From sequence record NC_052663.1: a DNA stretch of 64,000 nucleotides, one strand, 5' to 3'. The DNA is from Escherichia phage VEcB. Positions within the stretch are counted from its first letter, which is position 1; every line of letters begins with the position of its first letter. Of this stretch, positions 33,399 through 42,272 are shown piece after piece. The notes below the pieces were generated by a model, which saw only the letters and a program-made list of their open reading frames with translations, was not told the DNA's origin and made no database searches. The position numbers and the translations under genes were made by a program.

Positions 33399-34805
33399 AT
33401 GGCAACTTTTCGTGATAAGGTAGTTTCCGTAACCCTTACCTACGGTGCTACTTCAATTAGTGAAACACAGTTTGATATCCCTCTAATTCTTACAGGGCAT
33501 AACGTTACTGGAAATCTTGTAGATTATTTCACTTCTTCAGACGCACTTCTGCAAGCAGGTTTTGGCACTGCCGATCCAGCTTATAAAATGGCAAAACTAC
33601 TATTTGACGGTCTGTTCGCACCAGAACAAGTTATCGTCGGTAAGCGTGATGTTTCTAAAACAACTCTAACTCCAGTAGTTGAAGATAGTGCAACTTACGT
33701 TATCACTATTAAAGCAAATTCAAAAAGCAAGGACTTCAAGTTTGTTGCCGATGATACTGCAACTGCTCAAGAGATTGTTGTTGGTTTAACAGAAATGATC
33801 AACGCAGACGCAGTGTATAAAGAATTTTTCACTGTGTCAAACGATGGTAGTGTTATCACTGTAACCCCAGTTGCAGGTAAATACGCTACTATGGATAGTT
33901 CAGGATTCACAACTAAAGTAGAATATGCAAATGATATCTTAGAAGATATTGCTAAAATTGCAGACTATGAAAACAGTTGGTTCTGGTTACTATCTGACTC
34001 TCACGCAGAACAAGATATTATCGATCTAGCAGGTTATGTAGAAGAGCATGATAAAGTGTATTTCTTCTCTACCTCGCAACCAGGTGTTCTAACTAAAGAA
34101 GAAGATAACATTCTAGAACGCTTAGGTGATATGGGCTACAATAACACTTGTATGGCATTGTGGATGACTAACGCTGATACAGTGTTCCCAGAGGCTGCTG
34201 TAGTTGGTTCTATCTGCTCTGCAACACCAGGTACTACTACCCTGCATGGTAAAACCCTTGTTGGTATCGAGATTGAAAAACTTGGTCAGACAGCAGAAAA
34301 CTTTATCGTTCAACAGAATGGTAATATTTACCGTAAAGAACACGGTGTTCTGTTCTACCGTGATGGTTTCATGGTTAGTGGTTTCTATGTTGACTATGTG
34401 GTACACGCTCTGTGGTTCAAAGCTCGCGTAGAAGAATCTCTGTTCGCTCTATTCAAACAGCAATCTATGCTTGGTAGTGGTGTTAGAGCAACTTCTGCTG
34501 GTCTTGCGTTGATTCGTCAGGCTGTTACTGCAAACCCAATCCAAGTAGGTATTAACAATGGTTCTATTGCCAATGAGGTAGTAACTTCAGAGGAAACAGG
34601 ACTTCTGGTAAGCCTTAAACCTACTATCTATATCCCATCTCGTGCAGATATGACTGATGCTCAAATCAATGCACGTTTGGTTGATGGTATGGTTATTGAA
34701 TACGTATATGCTGGATTCTTCCACTATGTTAAAGTGCAGGTAAACGTTCTGACGAACCGCACTGCAAATAGCCAGAATTCCAATAGCTCTACTGTATCTT
34801 CATAA
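33399..34805 (+). CDS. tail sheath protein (putative)
   Basis: 468 aa directly upstream of a 159-aa tube-sized gene, chaperone and tape measure; by synteny. Confidence 0.5.
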   Translation: MATFRDKVVSVTLTYGATSISETQFDIPLILTGHNVTGNLVDYFTSSDALLQAGFGTADPAYKMAKLLFDGLFAPEQVIVGKRDVSKTTLTPVVEDSATYVITIKANSKSKDFKFVADDTATAQEIVVGLTEMINADAVYKEFFTVSNDGSVITVTPVAGKYATMDSSGFTTKVEYANDILEDIAKIADYENSWFWLLSDSHAEQDIIDLAGYVEEHDKVYFFSTSQPGVLTKEEDNILERLGDMGYNNTCMALWMTNADTVFPEAAVVGSICSATPGTTTLHGKTLVGIEIEKLGQTAENFIVQQNGNIYRKEHGVLFYRDGFMVSGFYVDYVVHALWFKARVEESLFALFKQQSMLGSGVRATSAGLALIRQAVTANPIQVGINNGSIANEVVTSEETGLLVSLKPTIYIPSRADMTDAQINARLVDGMVIEYVYAGFFHYVKVQVNVLTNRTANSQNSNSSTVSS

Positions 34806-34809
34806 TTAA

Positions 34810-34836
34810 AAGCAGCGGGGGAAACCCCCGCTTATA
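34810..34836 (+). terminator. terminator-like hairpin (weak U tract)
   Basis: AGCGGGGG-AAA-CCCCCGCT followed by TATATG. Confidence 0.35.
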
Positions 34837-34864
34837 TGAAAAGTAGTATAAAAGGAGATCCACT

Positions 34865-35344
34865 TTGGATAAAATGCTTACTGGCGTAATGGCCTATGAT
34901 CCTTCTCAAGTAATCCTGTCTTTGGGTGGTTGGGAACCTTGGGGTTTCGCCGCAGATACCAAAATTGTTATTAACAAAACTAACGATATCATCAACCCAT
35001 ATTCAGGTACTGATGGTGACGTTTCCTTGGCTCTTAGTCGTAACCGTTTAGGTACGCTAACAATGTCACTGCAACGTACTTCCCCAGCAAACGAAGTTCT
35101 TGCTGCTTATGCACAAACGATGTATTCTACTCGTCAAGTAGCATTTAGCGTATATCTAGAAGACCCTCGCGGATATTATATCAGCACAATTGGTTGGATT
35201 CAAAGTCAACCGGACGACACTATTGGTGAAACTATTCAAGAAAACCAATGGGTAATTGGTCTTAAAGATGCAAGCCTACTTCGTTCTACTGTAGGTGTTG
35301 GTGTTAACGCACTTAACTCTATTAGTGCTCTAACTATTCAGTAA
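34865..35344 (+). CDS. tail tube protein (putative)
   Basis: 159 aa; track TTG start at 34865, alternative ATG at 34874. Confidence 0.45.
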   Translation: MDKMLTGVMAYDPSQVILSLGGWEPWGFAADTKIVINKTNDIINPYSGTDGDVSLALSRNRLGTLTMSLQRTSPANEVLAAYAQTMYSTRQVAFSVYLEDPRGYYISTIGWIQSQPDDTIGETIQENQWVIGLKDASLLRSTVGVGVNALNSISALTIQ

Positions 35345-35348
35345 CAAA

Positions 35349-35374
35349 AAGGGCAGAAATGCCCTTTATTTTTA
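35349..35374 (+). terminator. rho-independent terminator
   Basis: GGGCA-GAAAT-GCCC followed by TTTATTTTT. Confidence 0.55.
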
Positions 35375-35387
35375 AAGAGAGGAAATA

Positions 35388-35870
35388 ATGGAACAACAAA
35401 AAGATAATACTATTGCAAAATTTGCTCGTCCAGAAGTAATGGTTGAAATTGATCTGGATGAAGGACGCAGTGTAAAATTTAGAGTTCTCAAGTGGAGTCC
35501 AACTAAAGTTTTTGAAAGGATTCCAGAACTAGGTAGTGTACTAGCTGTTCCTATGACAATGTATAATACTGCTCTTATGTCAGCAGACGAAGATCTAGAA
35601 GCTCGTATTGCTATGGCACTGATCCAATTATTCAGTGGTCTGGAAGAAAAAAACTTAGCCGCATTCTTACGTAAAATTTTAGATGAAGTTTACACAGAAG
35701 CAGGTCATAGTGTTTCCGATAATTTTGATGAATTGTTTTTTGCTCACCCAGAATTAGTTGTTGACTTAGCTGCAAAAGTTCTTGAGGTGAACTATGCCCC
35801 TTTTTTCAAACGAGGTTTCGGAAAACTGTTGACCCAATTTCAAGGAATAGAGACTCTAGCGAAGAGTTAA
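35388..35870 (+). CDS. tail assembly chaperone (G-like)
   Basis: 160 aa, immediately upstream of tape measure; contains slippery heptamer near 3' end. Confidence 0.5.
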   Translation: MEQQKDNTIAKFARPEVMVEIDLDEGRSVKFRVLKWSPTKVFERIPELGSVLAVPMTMYNTALMSADEDLEARIAMALIQLFSGLEEKNLAAFLRKILDEVYTEAGHSVSDNFDELFFAHPELVVDLAAKVLEVNYAPFFKRGFGKLLTQFQGIETLAKS

Positions 35871-36145
35871 GTCCGGCAATTAAATCAGCAATTGAAATTG
35901 CCTCACAAACCCTTAGCTTGACATGGTATGAAGTAATTCTTTGTAAGGTAATTAAGAATACCTCCGAAACCTTGTCCTCGTTAGATAATTACGGTGTAGA
36001 TTATCTACTTAAAATTTATGAATATTTAACATTTGAAGACTATGTACAAGATCTTCACGTTAAAGATGCGGATATTAAACGTGGTCAACAGAGAACAATA
36101 AGAGAACTGGATACGGCTATGAAAAAATTAATTCCAGATTCATAA
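35388..36145 (+). CDS. predicted frameshifted chaperone fusion product (GT-like)
   Basis: -1 frame after slip at 35801-35807 reads FFQTRFRKTVDP... with no stop until 36145. Confidence 0.4.
35801..35807 (+). other. candidate -1 programmed ribosomal frameshift site (T_TTT_TTC)
   Basis: X_XXY_YYZ heptamer in zero frame of chaperone gene; the -1 frame is open from here to 36145. Confidence 0.45.
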
Positions 36146-36164
36146 GTAATACGGAGGATTACCC

Positions 36165-38144
36165 TTGTTAGAAATTAACACTTCCAAGATTAAGAATACA
36201 GTAACGTTTACTGTAGATAAAGACAGTTTAAAAAATACTAAAGACGCAATTAAAAACCTTAAAACTTTTACAGAATCTATTGAACCATCTTTAAATATGA
36301 CTAAAATGCGTCGTCAGTTTAAAAGTATGGAAGAGTATGCTAAAAGAATAAGGCAGCAAATGTCAGGTCTTGGCGGCGGTAATCCTCCACCAATCCCACC
36401 AACCGGAGGTTCAAGTGGTGGTGGAAAAGGAGGAAGTGGTAGAGGTGGTTCTGGATCTTCTGGAGGACGTAAGACACCAGAGGAAAGAGCCGCAGAAGCC
36501 GCCGCTAAACGTGCAGCACTTGCTAATATGAAGCAAGACGATTTTAGTTTTAAAGCTATGCCTTTTACAAAAGCAGACAGCAGAATTCTAGAAAAATCTA
36601 AAAAGATTGTAGAAGAAACTGTTGAACTTTATCGTAAAGGTGTAATCACTAGCCAACAAATGAATAATACTTTGGCTAGACAGTTAGAAGAACTACGCAG
36701 ATCTCATAAAGAGAAGAATGCACAACTTCTTGATGAAGAGAGAGCTAGACGTAGAATTGCCCGTCTGCAAGAAGCAGAAGATAAAAGAAGACAGCGTGTT
36801 CGAGAAAGAGAAAGAAAGGAGTTCGAACGTCAGCAAAGGAGAGAAAAAGAAGCAAGACAGCGAGATAGACAACGTAAGCTATCTGGTGTAGGTAATGCTG
36901 CTATTGCTCTTAACCCTGCTATGTTTGGTGCTGCTCTTTTAGGTGCTGGTTTATATCAAGGTATAAGCAAAATAGCTGAAAGTATCACAACTGCGGCAGA
37001 ACGTATTAATATGGTTAGTAAAGGTGGTCAGAACGTACAGGTAAACCCTAATGCAATTTTAACAATGCGTACTTGGGGTGAGATGAACGGTGTAGACTCT
37101 GCCAGCATTATTAAAGCCATTGACAATATTAAAGACGTTCGTGAACGTTTAGGTAATACTGTACTCCACTCTGAATTTGATGAAAAATCAGGTAAATGGA
37201 AAGGTGGAGATAGTGGTATTAATGAAATCATGAACCAATTTGGTTGGTCGAAAGAAGATGTTGCTAAATTCCAGAACAGACCTTTAGACTTTGTTCAAGC
37301 ACTTGTTAATGAAGGTCAAAAAAGAGGAATGAACTCCGCGCAAATTGGTCGTTTGATGGAAAACCTTGGTGATGACTTAATGCACTACCAACGTATGTTT
37401 TTGGATAACGGTAAAGAGTACATGAAAGTCTTGGATATGTTAAAAAATTCAGGAGCAACTCTTAACGATGAAAACATCAAAGCAGCACAAGATTTTGTTA
37501 AGCTAAGAGCACAAATTAGTGCAGCAGGAGAAGGTTTTACCAATAACTTACTTATAGGATTTATGGATGGTTTAAAATCTGCACCAGATTTTGCAGAGAA
37601 TATGAAAACTTTCCAAGAAGCTGCTCGTGGTCTTGGTGAAATGTCTGGTAGTATTGTAAGTAGCCTTGCAAAAATTGCGAAATATTTCCTTGATTTTTCA
37701 AATAAGGTTGGGCCAAAAAACAATACTAAAGAAGCTGTAAGAGATTATTATAATGGTACGCAGTATGGGTACGATGCACAGGTTGGTGGTAATCCTTGGG
37801 CTTATTGGCCTATTGGAAGAGATCAACATAAACCTGAAAATCAACCTTTAGGTGACTTTGATAGTAGTTTCTTAACTAGTGCCTTAAACCCAAGTGCTTC
37901 TAGTATCGGTTACAATAGACCTGATTTAACAGCATCTATGCTAACACCACGCCAAGGTGTTCCAGTACCATTAAGTGTAGAGAATACGGTTGTTATCCCA
38001 GACAACGCATTCCAGATTAATGTTATTCCAGATGGCTATGGTTTTAGTAATTATCTAGATGCGACAATGAATACCAGTTTTAGTAACTTCTCACAAGGTT
38101 TAACTCTTCAGTTAAGCAGTGGACAATCTTCTACTGGTGGTTAA
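36165..38144 (+). CDS. tail tape measure protein
   Basis: 659 aa; Gly-rich and Arg/Glu-rich coiled-coil segments; TTG start with GGAGGA RBS; follows chaperone pair. Confidence 0.7.
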   Translation: MLEINTSKIKNTVTFTVDKDSLKNTKDAIKNLKTFTESIEPSLNMTKMRRQFKSMEEYAKRIRQQMSGLGGGNPPPIPPTGGSSGGGKGGSGRGGSGSSGGRKTPEERAAEAAAKRAALANMKQDDFSFKAMPFTKADSRILEKSKKIVEETVELYRKGVITSQQMNNTLARQLEELRRSHKEKNAQLLDEERARRRIARLQEAEDKRRQRVRERERKEFERQQRREKEARQRDRQRKLSGVGNAAIALNPAMFGAALLGAGLYQGISKIAESITTAAERINMVSKGGQNVQVNPNAILTMRTWGEMNGVDSASIIKAIDNIKDVRERLGNTVLHSEFDEKSGKWKGGDSGINEIMNQFGWSKEDVAKFQNRPLDFVQALVNEGQKRGMNSAQIGRLMENLGDDLMHYQRMFLDNGKEYMKVLDMLKNSGATLNDENIKAAQDFVKLRAQISAAGEGFTNNLLIGFMDGLKSAPDFAENMKTFQEAARGLGEMSGSIVSSLAKIAKYFLDFSNKVGPKNNTKEAVRDYYNGTQYGYDAQVGGNPWAYWPIGRDQHKPENQPLGDFDSSFLTSALNPSASSIGYNRPDLTASMLTPRQGVPVPLSVENTVVIPDNAFQINVIPDGYGFSNYLDATMNTSFSNFSQGLTLQLSSGQSSTGG

Positions 38145-38152
38145 TGCATAAA

Positions 38153-38178
38153 GCCTCGCTTCGGCGGGGCTTTTTATT
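38153..38178 (+). terminator. rho-independent terminator
   Basis: GCCTCGC-TTCG-GCGGGGC followed by TTTTT. Confidence 0.65.
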
Positions 38179-38182
38179 TGTC

Positions 38183-38211
38183 TTGACAAAGAGTTGTTTT
38201 TCGTGATAAAA
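38183..38211 (+). promoter_or_regulatory. sigma70-like promoter TTGACA-N17-ATAAAA
   Basis: -35 at 38183-38188 immediately after terminator. Confidence 0.4.
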
Positions 38212-38259
38212 TGAGTGATAAGGGAGAATGTTTCTTATCACATTAAGAGGTAAAATTAT

Positions 38260-38970
38260 ATGGCAGCAAACACTCCAGAACAACACGTTCAAGCGGTTTA
38301 TAAAGCGGAACAAGATATAAATTCTACAAAAAACACAAATAACTCTGCCTCTACTGTGAAAGGGGAGAATGGTTTTTGTATTTTAGCAAGTGTTTACAAT
38401 AGTGCAAGTGATCAATATATTCAAAACTACCAAGCTATAGTTTTTGATGCTGTTCCAAATATCGGTGTAAAACGTCAAGCAGATGTAACTAGTTATCCTG
38501 TAGAAAATGGAGCTAATGTATCGGATCACGTTCAAGTTAAAAATAATACTTTCTCTTTATCAGGAATGATTACAGAGACACCTGTAAGATTAATGCGAGA
38601 TATGCTATATAGTGCTGGTGTTAACGGTACTCGTATCAGTCAAGCAATTACTTACTTAGATAAAATATTTGATGAAAGACAGCCTATCATTTTAATAACA
38701 GAACATAAGGTGTATGAGAATGTTATTTTGAAAGGCATATCATATGAATATCAAACAGAATATGCAATGCAATTTGACTTGGAATTTGAACAAGTAAGAT
38801 TAGTTTCTTACGGGGAAACAAATGCTATTGCACTTAAGACAAAACCAAATAAGAATACAGGTGTTAAAAACAAGAAAGGTACTAGTCCAGATGCTGATTT
38901 GGATGCAAGAACAGGGAAAGCAACTGGTACAGAACATCTTAGTGATCACAGTGCAGATGGTAAAAAATAA
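38260..38970 (+). CDS. putative baseplate or tail structural protein
   Basis: 236 aa ORF in tail module. Confidence 0.4.
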   Translation: MAANTPEQHVQAVYKAEQDINSTKNTNNSASTVKGENGFCILASVYNSASDQYIQNYQAIVFDAVPNIGVKRQADVTSYPVENGANVSDHVQVKNNTFSLSGMITETPVRLMRDMLYSAGVNGTRISQAITYLDKIFDERQPIILITEHKVYENVILKGISYEYQTEYAMQFDLEFEQVRLVSYGETNAIALKTKPNKNTGVKNKKGTSPDADLDARTGKATGTEHLSDHSADGKK

Positions 38971-38981
38971 GGAGAAAATTT

Positions 38982-39401
38982 TTGGCTATTTCATCTTATT
39001 CAAAGATCAGTAGAAGCACATCTAATAGTGGCTACAATGCAGTATTTATTGATCGAAATTTAGGTTATTATTCTTGGTACTTACCTACAGAACAGTACCC
39101 AGACCAAACATATACAGTAACTCTCGATGGAGTAGATTATGATATACGTTTGAGATGGAATACAAGAGATCAAGCGTGGCAAATGCAATTAGGATTATCA
39201 GGAGACAATCCTAGTGTAACTTTTAAAGTAACCAATGGTTTAGATCTTCTAGAACCATATAAGTATATAGAATCTGTACCGGATGGTCAACTCTATTTGG
39301 TAGATACTGTTAAAATAAACGGTAGACCTAATTACTATGACACAGGTGTAGATAAAAGATTTGCTTTGGTTTATATCGACGCTCTTCCATATCAAGCATG
39401 A
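38982..39401 (+). CDS. putative baseplate or tail structural protein
   Basis: 139 aa ORF. Confidence 0.4.
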   Translation: MAISSYSKISRSTSNSGYNAVFIDRNLGYYSWYLPTEQYPDQTYTVTLDGVDYDIRLRWNTRDQAWQMQLGLSGDNPSVTFKVTNGLDLLEPYKYIESVPDGQLYLVDTVKINGRPNYYDTGVDKRFALVYIDALPYQA

Positions 39402-39416
39402 TAAAAGGAGTTTTAA

Positions 39417-40427
39417 ATGGCAGAAAAAAGAGATTATACAAAAGCTCCTGCACCCAATCTAAACAGAGCATACAAACTGTTAATAGGTACAGCTACTAAT
39501 ACTAAAGAAAAAAGGACAAAAAATTCCTCTTTCAAATCTACAGTAGACTTAGATACTAAACTAGGGGATGCTAAAAAATCAACCCCTAATTTGTATGTTA
39601 TTACGGAGCACCAAATATCTTTCACAATAAGAAAAGATAATAATAAAGATCCTAATCAAGCCGAGATAACTATTTATAACCTAAGTGATGATACTGTTAA
39701 TTATATTAACAAAGGTATTCGTAACAACTTGGCTGTTGCTTTAGCGGTAGGTTATGAAGGTCAAGAGTTAATTATGATCTTTAAGGGAACGGTGCAATGG
39801 GTGAGTGATACGTTTAACAATACAGACAGACGTACAGTGTTACATTGCCTGGATGGTGGTATTAACATCTCCGAAGCAAGGACAAGCCGAAGTTATCCGA
39901 AAGGTACAAAAGTAAGTAAAGTTGTTAAAGACCTAGTTAAAGATTTAGGTACTACAGAAGGTAATATTCACGTAGACACAGAGAAAACTTTATCATCTGC
40001 AACAGCTATGTGTGGTAACACATCACATTACTTAGAAAGTATCTGTAAAGGTATTGATCACAATGTGTCGATACAAGATGGATCTGTTTACGTGACACCA
40101 AGATCACAAATGTCTAGTGCAAGATGTGCATATATTAGTGCAGAAACAGGTTTAATTGGTAGTCCAGAACCTTTCCACAATGATATTAAACCGACACAAA
40201 AAGTAACCAAATCTTCTAAGAAAGCTAAAAAGCCTACCGATGGTGTTAAGTTCAGATGTGAAATGAACGGTGCTATCTTACCAGAAAAAACTGTTTGGCT
40301 CAAGAGCCATAACTATGATGGTGGTTTTAAGGTGGTGTCTGTTGTTCATACAGGAGATAGGGAAGGTAAAGACTGGACAACTGAAGTAGAGTCTGTATCT
40401 GTATCTGCAATTATTAAGAAGGGCTAG
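39417..40427 (+). CDS. putative baseplate protein
   Basis: 336 aa ORF. Confidence 0.4.
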   Translation: MAEKRDYTKAPAPNLNRAYKLLIGTATNTKEKRTKNSSFKSTVDLDTKLGDAKKSTPNLYVITEHQISFTIRKDNNKDPNQAEITIYNLSDDTVNYINKGIRNNLAVALAVGYEGQELIMIFKGTVQWVSDTFNNTDRRTVLHCLDGGINISEARTSRSYPKGTKVSKVVKDLVKDLGTTEGNIHVDTEKTLSSATAMCGNTSHYLESICKGIDHNVSIQDGSVYVTPRSQMSSARCAYISAETGLIGSPEPFHNDIKPTQKVTKSSKKAKKPTDGVKFRCEMNGAILPEKTVWLKSHNYDGGFKVVSVVHTGDREGKDWTTEVESVSVSAIIKKG

Positions 40428-40429
40428 AA

Positions 40430-41167
40430 ATGGATGCTTTAAATTTTGTAACAGCAATCCGTGGATTAATCAACGAGCAAGTTGCGGAAGTACATACATC
40501 TTTACCTGTAAGGGTAATTGGTGTAGATTATGGATCTAAGACAGTAACTTTAGAATCTATTGTAAAAAACACCAGATCTACTGAAGATGAAATAGATTAC
40601 CCAACATTCCACGATGTTCCTTTTATGGTAAATGGTGGTGGTACAGGTAGAATTTCATTTCCAATTAAAGCAGGAGATATTGGTGTTGTTGTCTTTTCGG
40701 AAAGAGATCCGTCGAATGCTTTCCAGACAGATGGAGATACAGCCAGCAGCGGGACGTTAATTCAACCTTGTGGTTTATATCCAGCCTGTTTTATTCCTAA
40801 GATAGCAACAGCTACAGATTCTTCAGAAGAAGTAGATTCTGAAAAAGTTGTTATCTCAAATAATAAGCAAACTTACGCTTCGTTTGATCCTAACGGTAAT
40901 ATATCTGTGTACAACACACAAGGTATGAAAATAGATATGACACCAAACAGTATCGTTCTTACTGATGCAGGAGGAGGAAAACTTACACTGCAAGGTGGGA
41001 CTATGACATATAAAGGTGGCACTGTAAATTTAAACGGTTTAACAATCACACCTGACGGTCGTATGAAAGATAGTGGTGGCATTGGTTTACACACACATAC
41101 ACACCCTGTGCGCGGTGTTGAAACTGGTGGTAGCACTGTTACTTCCGACAAACCAAATGGAGGTTAA
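40430..41167 (+). CDS. putative baseplate central spike protein
   Basis: 245 aa; Gly-rich C-terminal beta-helix-like repeats and HTHTHP histidine cluster resembling metal-binding spike apex. Confidence 0.4.
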   Translation: MDALNFVTAIRGLINEQVAEVHTSLPVRVIGVDYGSKTVTLESIVKNTRSTEDEIDYPTFHDVPFMVNGGGTGRISFPIKAGDIGVVVFSERDPSNAFQTDGDTASSGTLIQPCGLYPACFIPKIATATDSSEEVDSEKVVISNNKQTYASFDPNGNISVYNTQGMKIDMTPNSIVLTDAGGGKLTLQGGTMTYKGGTVNLNGLTITPDGRMKDSGGIGLHTHTHPVRGVETGGSTVTSDKPNGG

Positions 41168-41170
41168 CAG

Positions 41171-41806
41171 ATGGGAATACCATTTGATTTAAAACTTGAT
41201 GGTTCTAACGATTTAATAATGGTGGATGGTGATTTAACACTAACCACAACTAAAAGTGAAATTGCAGCACAGACGCTTGGAATAACACTTAGAACTTTCC
41301 GTGGAGAATGGTTCCTCAATTCTAATTTTGGGGTTCCATATCTACAAGAGATTATTGGTGTTGCCAAGAAGAAAGAGATTGTTGATCGCATTTTCTTATC
41401 AACTATCGCAAGTAATGTTTATATAGATAATATTAATTCATACACGTCCTCTTATGATAGAGATGATAGGTATTACTCAATGAACGTTACTGTTACAGTT
41501 GGTGAACAAGTTGTTAGTGCGCTGTTCAGTACGCAGCCGTCTGAAGAATATATCTATCCAGAAGCTGGTGATGATAATGCAGCAATCACTTGTGAAGCAT
41601 TTGAAATTGTTGAATCTGCAAATAGACTCTATCGCTTTATTAACATTGTTGGTCTTCCTAGAGATACTTATTCTACTTGGTGGAATGAATGGTCTAACGA
41701 GGCATTGATTGAAAAATACCTTGTTAACGAAGCCAATAAAGGTCTTGCAACCAATTACAACTATGCTATAACAGCAACAATGGGAGCTACAAATAATAAT
41801 GGCTGA
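41171..41806 (+). CDS. putative baseplate wedge protein (gp25/GPW-like)
   Basis: 211 aa; FRGEWFLNSNFGVPYL segment loosely resembles gp25/GPW family. Confidence 0.35.
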   Translation: MGIPFDLKLDGSNDLIMVDGDLTLTTTKSEIAAQTLGITLRTFRGEWFLNSNFGVPYLQEIIGVAKKKEIVDRIFLSTIASNVYIDNINSYTSSYDRDDRYYSMNVTVTVGEQVVSALFSTQPSEEYIYPEAGDDNAAITCEAFEIVESANRLYRFINIVGLPRDTYSTWWNEWSNEALIEKYLVNEANKGLATNYNYAITATMGATNNNG

Positions 41807-42272
41807 TTTAACTACAATCAAGGTGTCTGATCTACCTGTAACAACATCTGTTTCAGACACAGATTATTTTGTAACAGATCAATCAGGCATCACTAAGAAA
41901 ACATCATTACGTGTTCTTCTTGCGGGTGCTGGTGTTACACGAAATCGTCTTTCTGCAAGGGGTACTGTCACAAATACCCTAGCTTTAGATATTAGCACGG
42001 CAGAGTATTTCTCTGCCACTTTATCTAGTCCAACTTGCAGTATTTCATTTAGTAATGTTCCAGTTACAACTAACATTGTTCAAAACTTTACTCTATCTCT
42101 ACGTCAAGGTAGTGGAGCAAATAAAGTAACGTGGCCTCAATCTGTTAAATGGAGTTTTGGTCGCGCTCCTGTTTTGAGTTATAAACAGGGAGCTACAGAT
42201 ATTTTTGAATTTGTTAGTTATGATAATGGAGCTACCTGGATAGGTAGTTTAGTGATGGCAGGAGTGATTTAA
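41799..42272 (+). CDS. putative baseplate protein
   Basis: 157 aa ORF. Confidence 0.4.
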   Translation: MADLTTIKVSDLPVTTSVSDTDYFVTDQSGITKKTSLRVLLAGAGVTRNRLSARGTVTNTLALDISTAEYFSATLSSPTCSISFSNVPVTTNIVQNFTLSLRQGSGANKVTWPQSVKWSFGRAPVLSYKQGATDIFEFVSYDNGATWIGSLVMAGVI

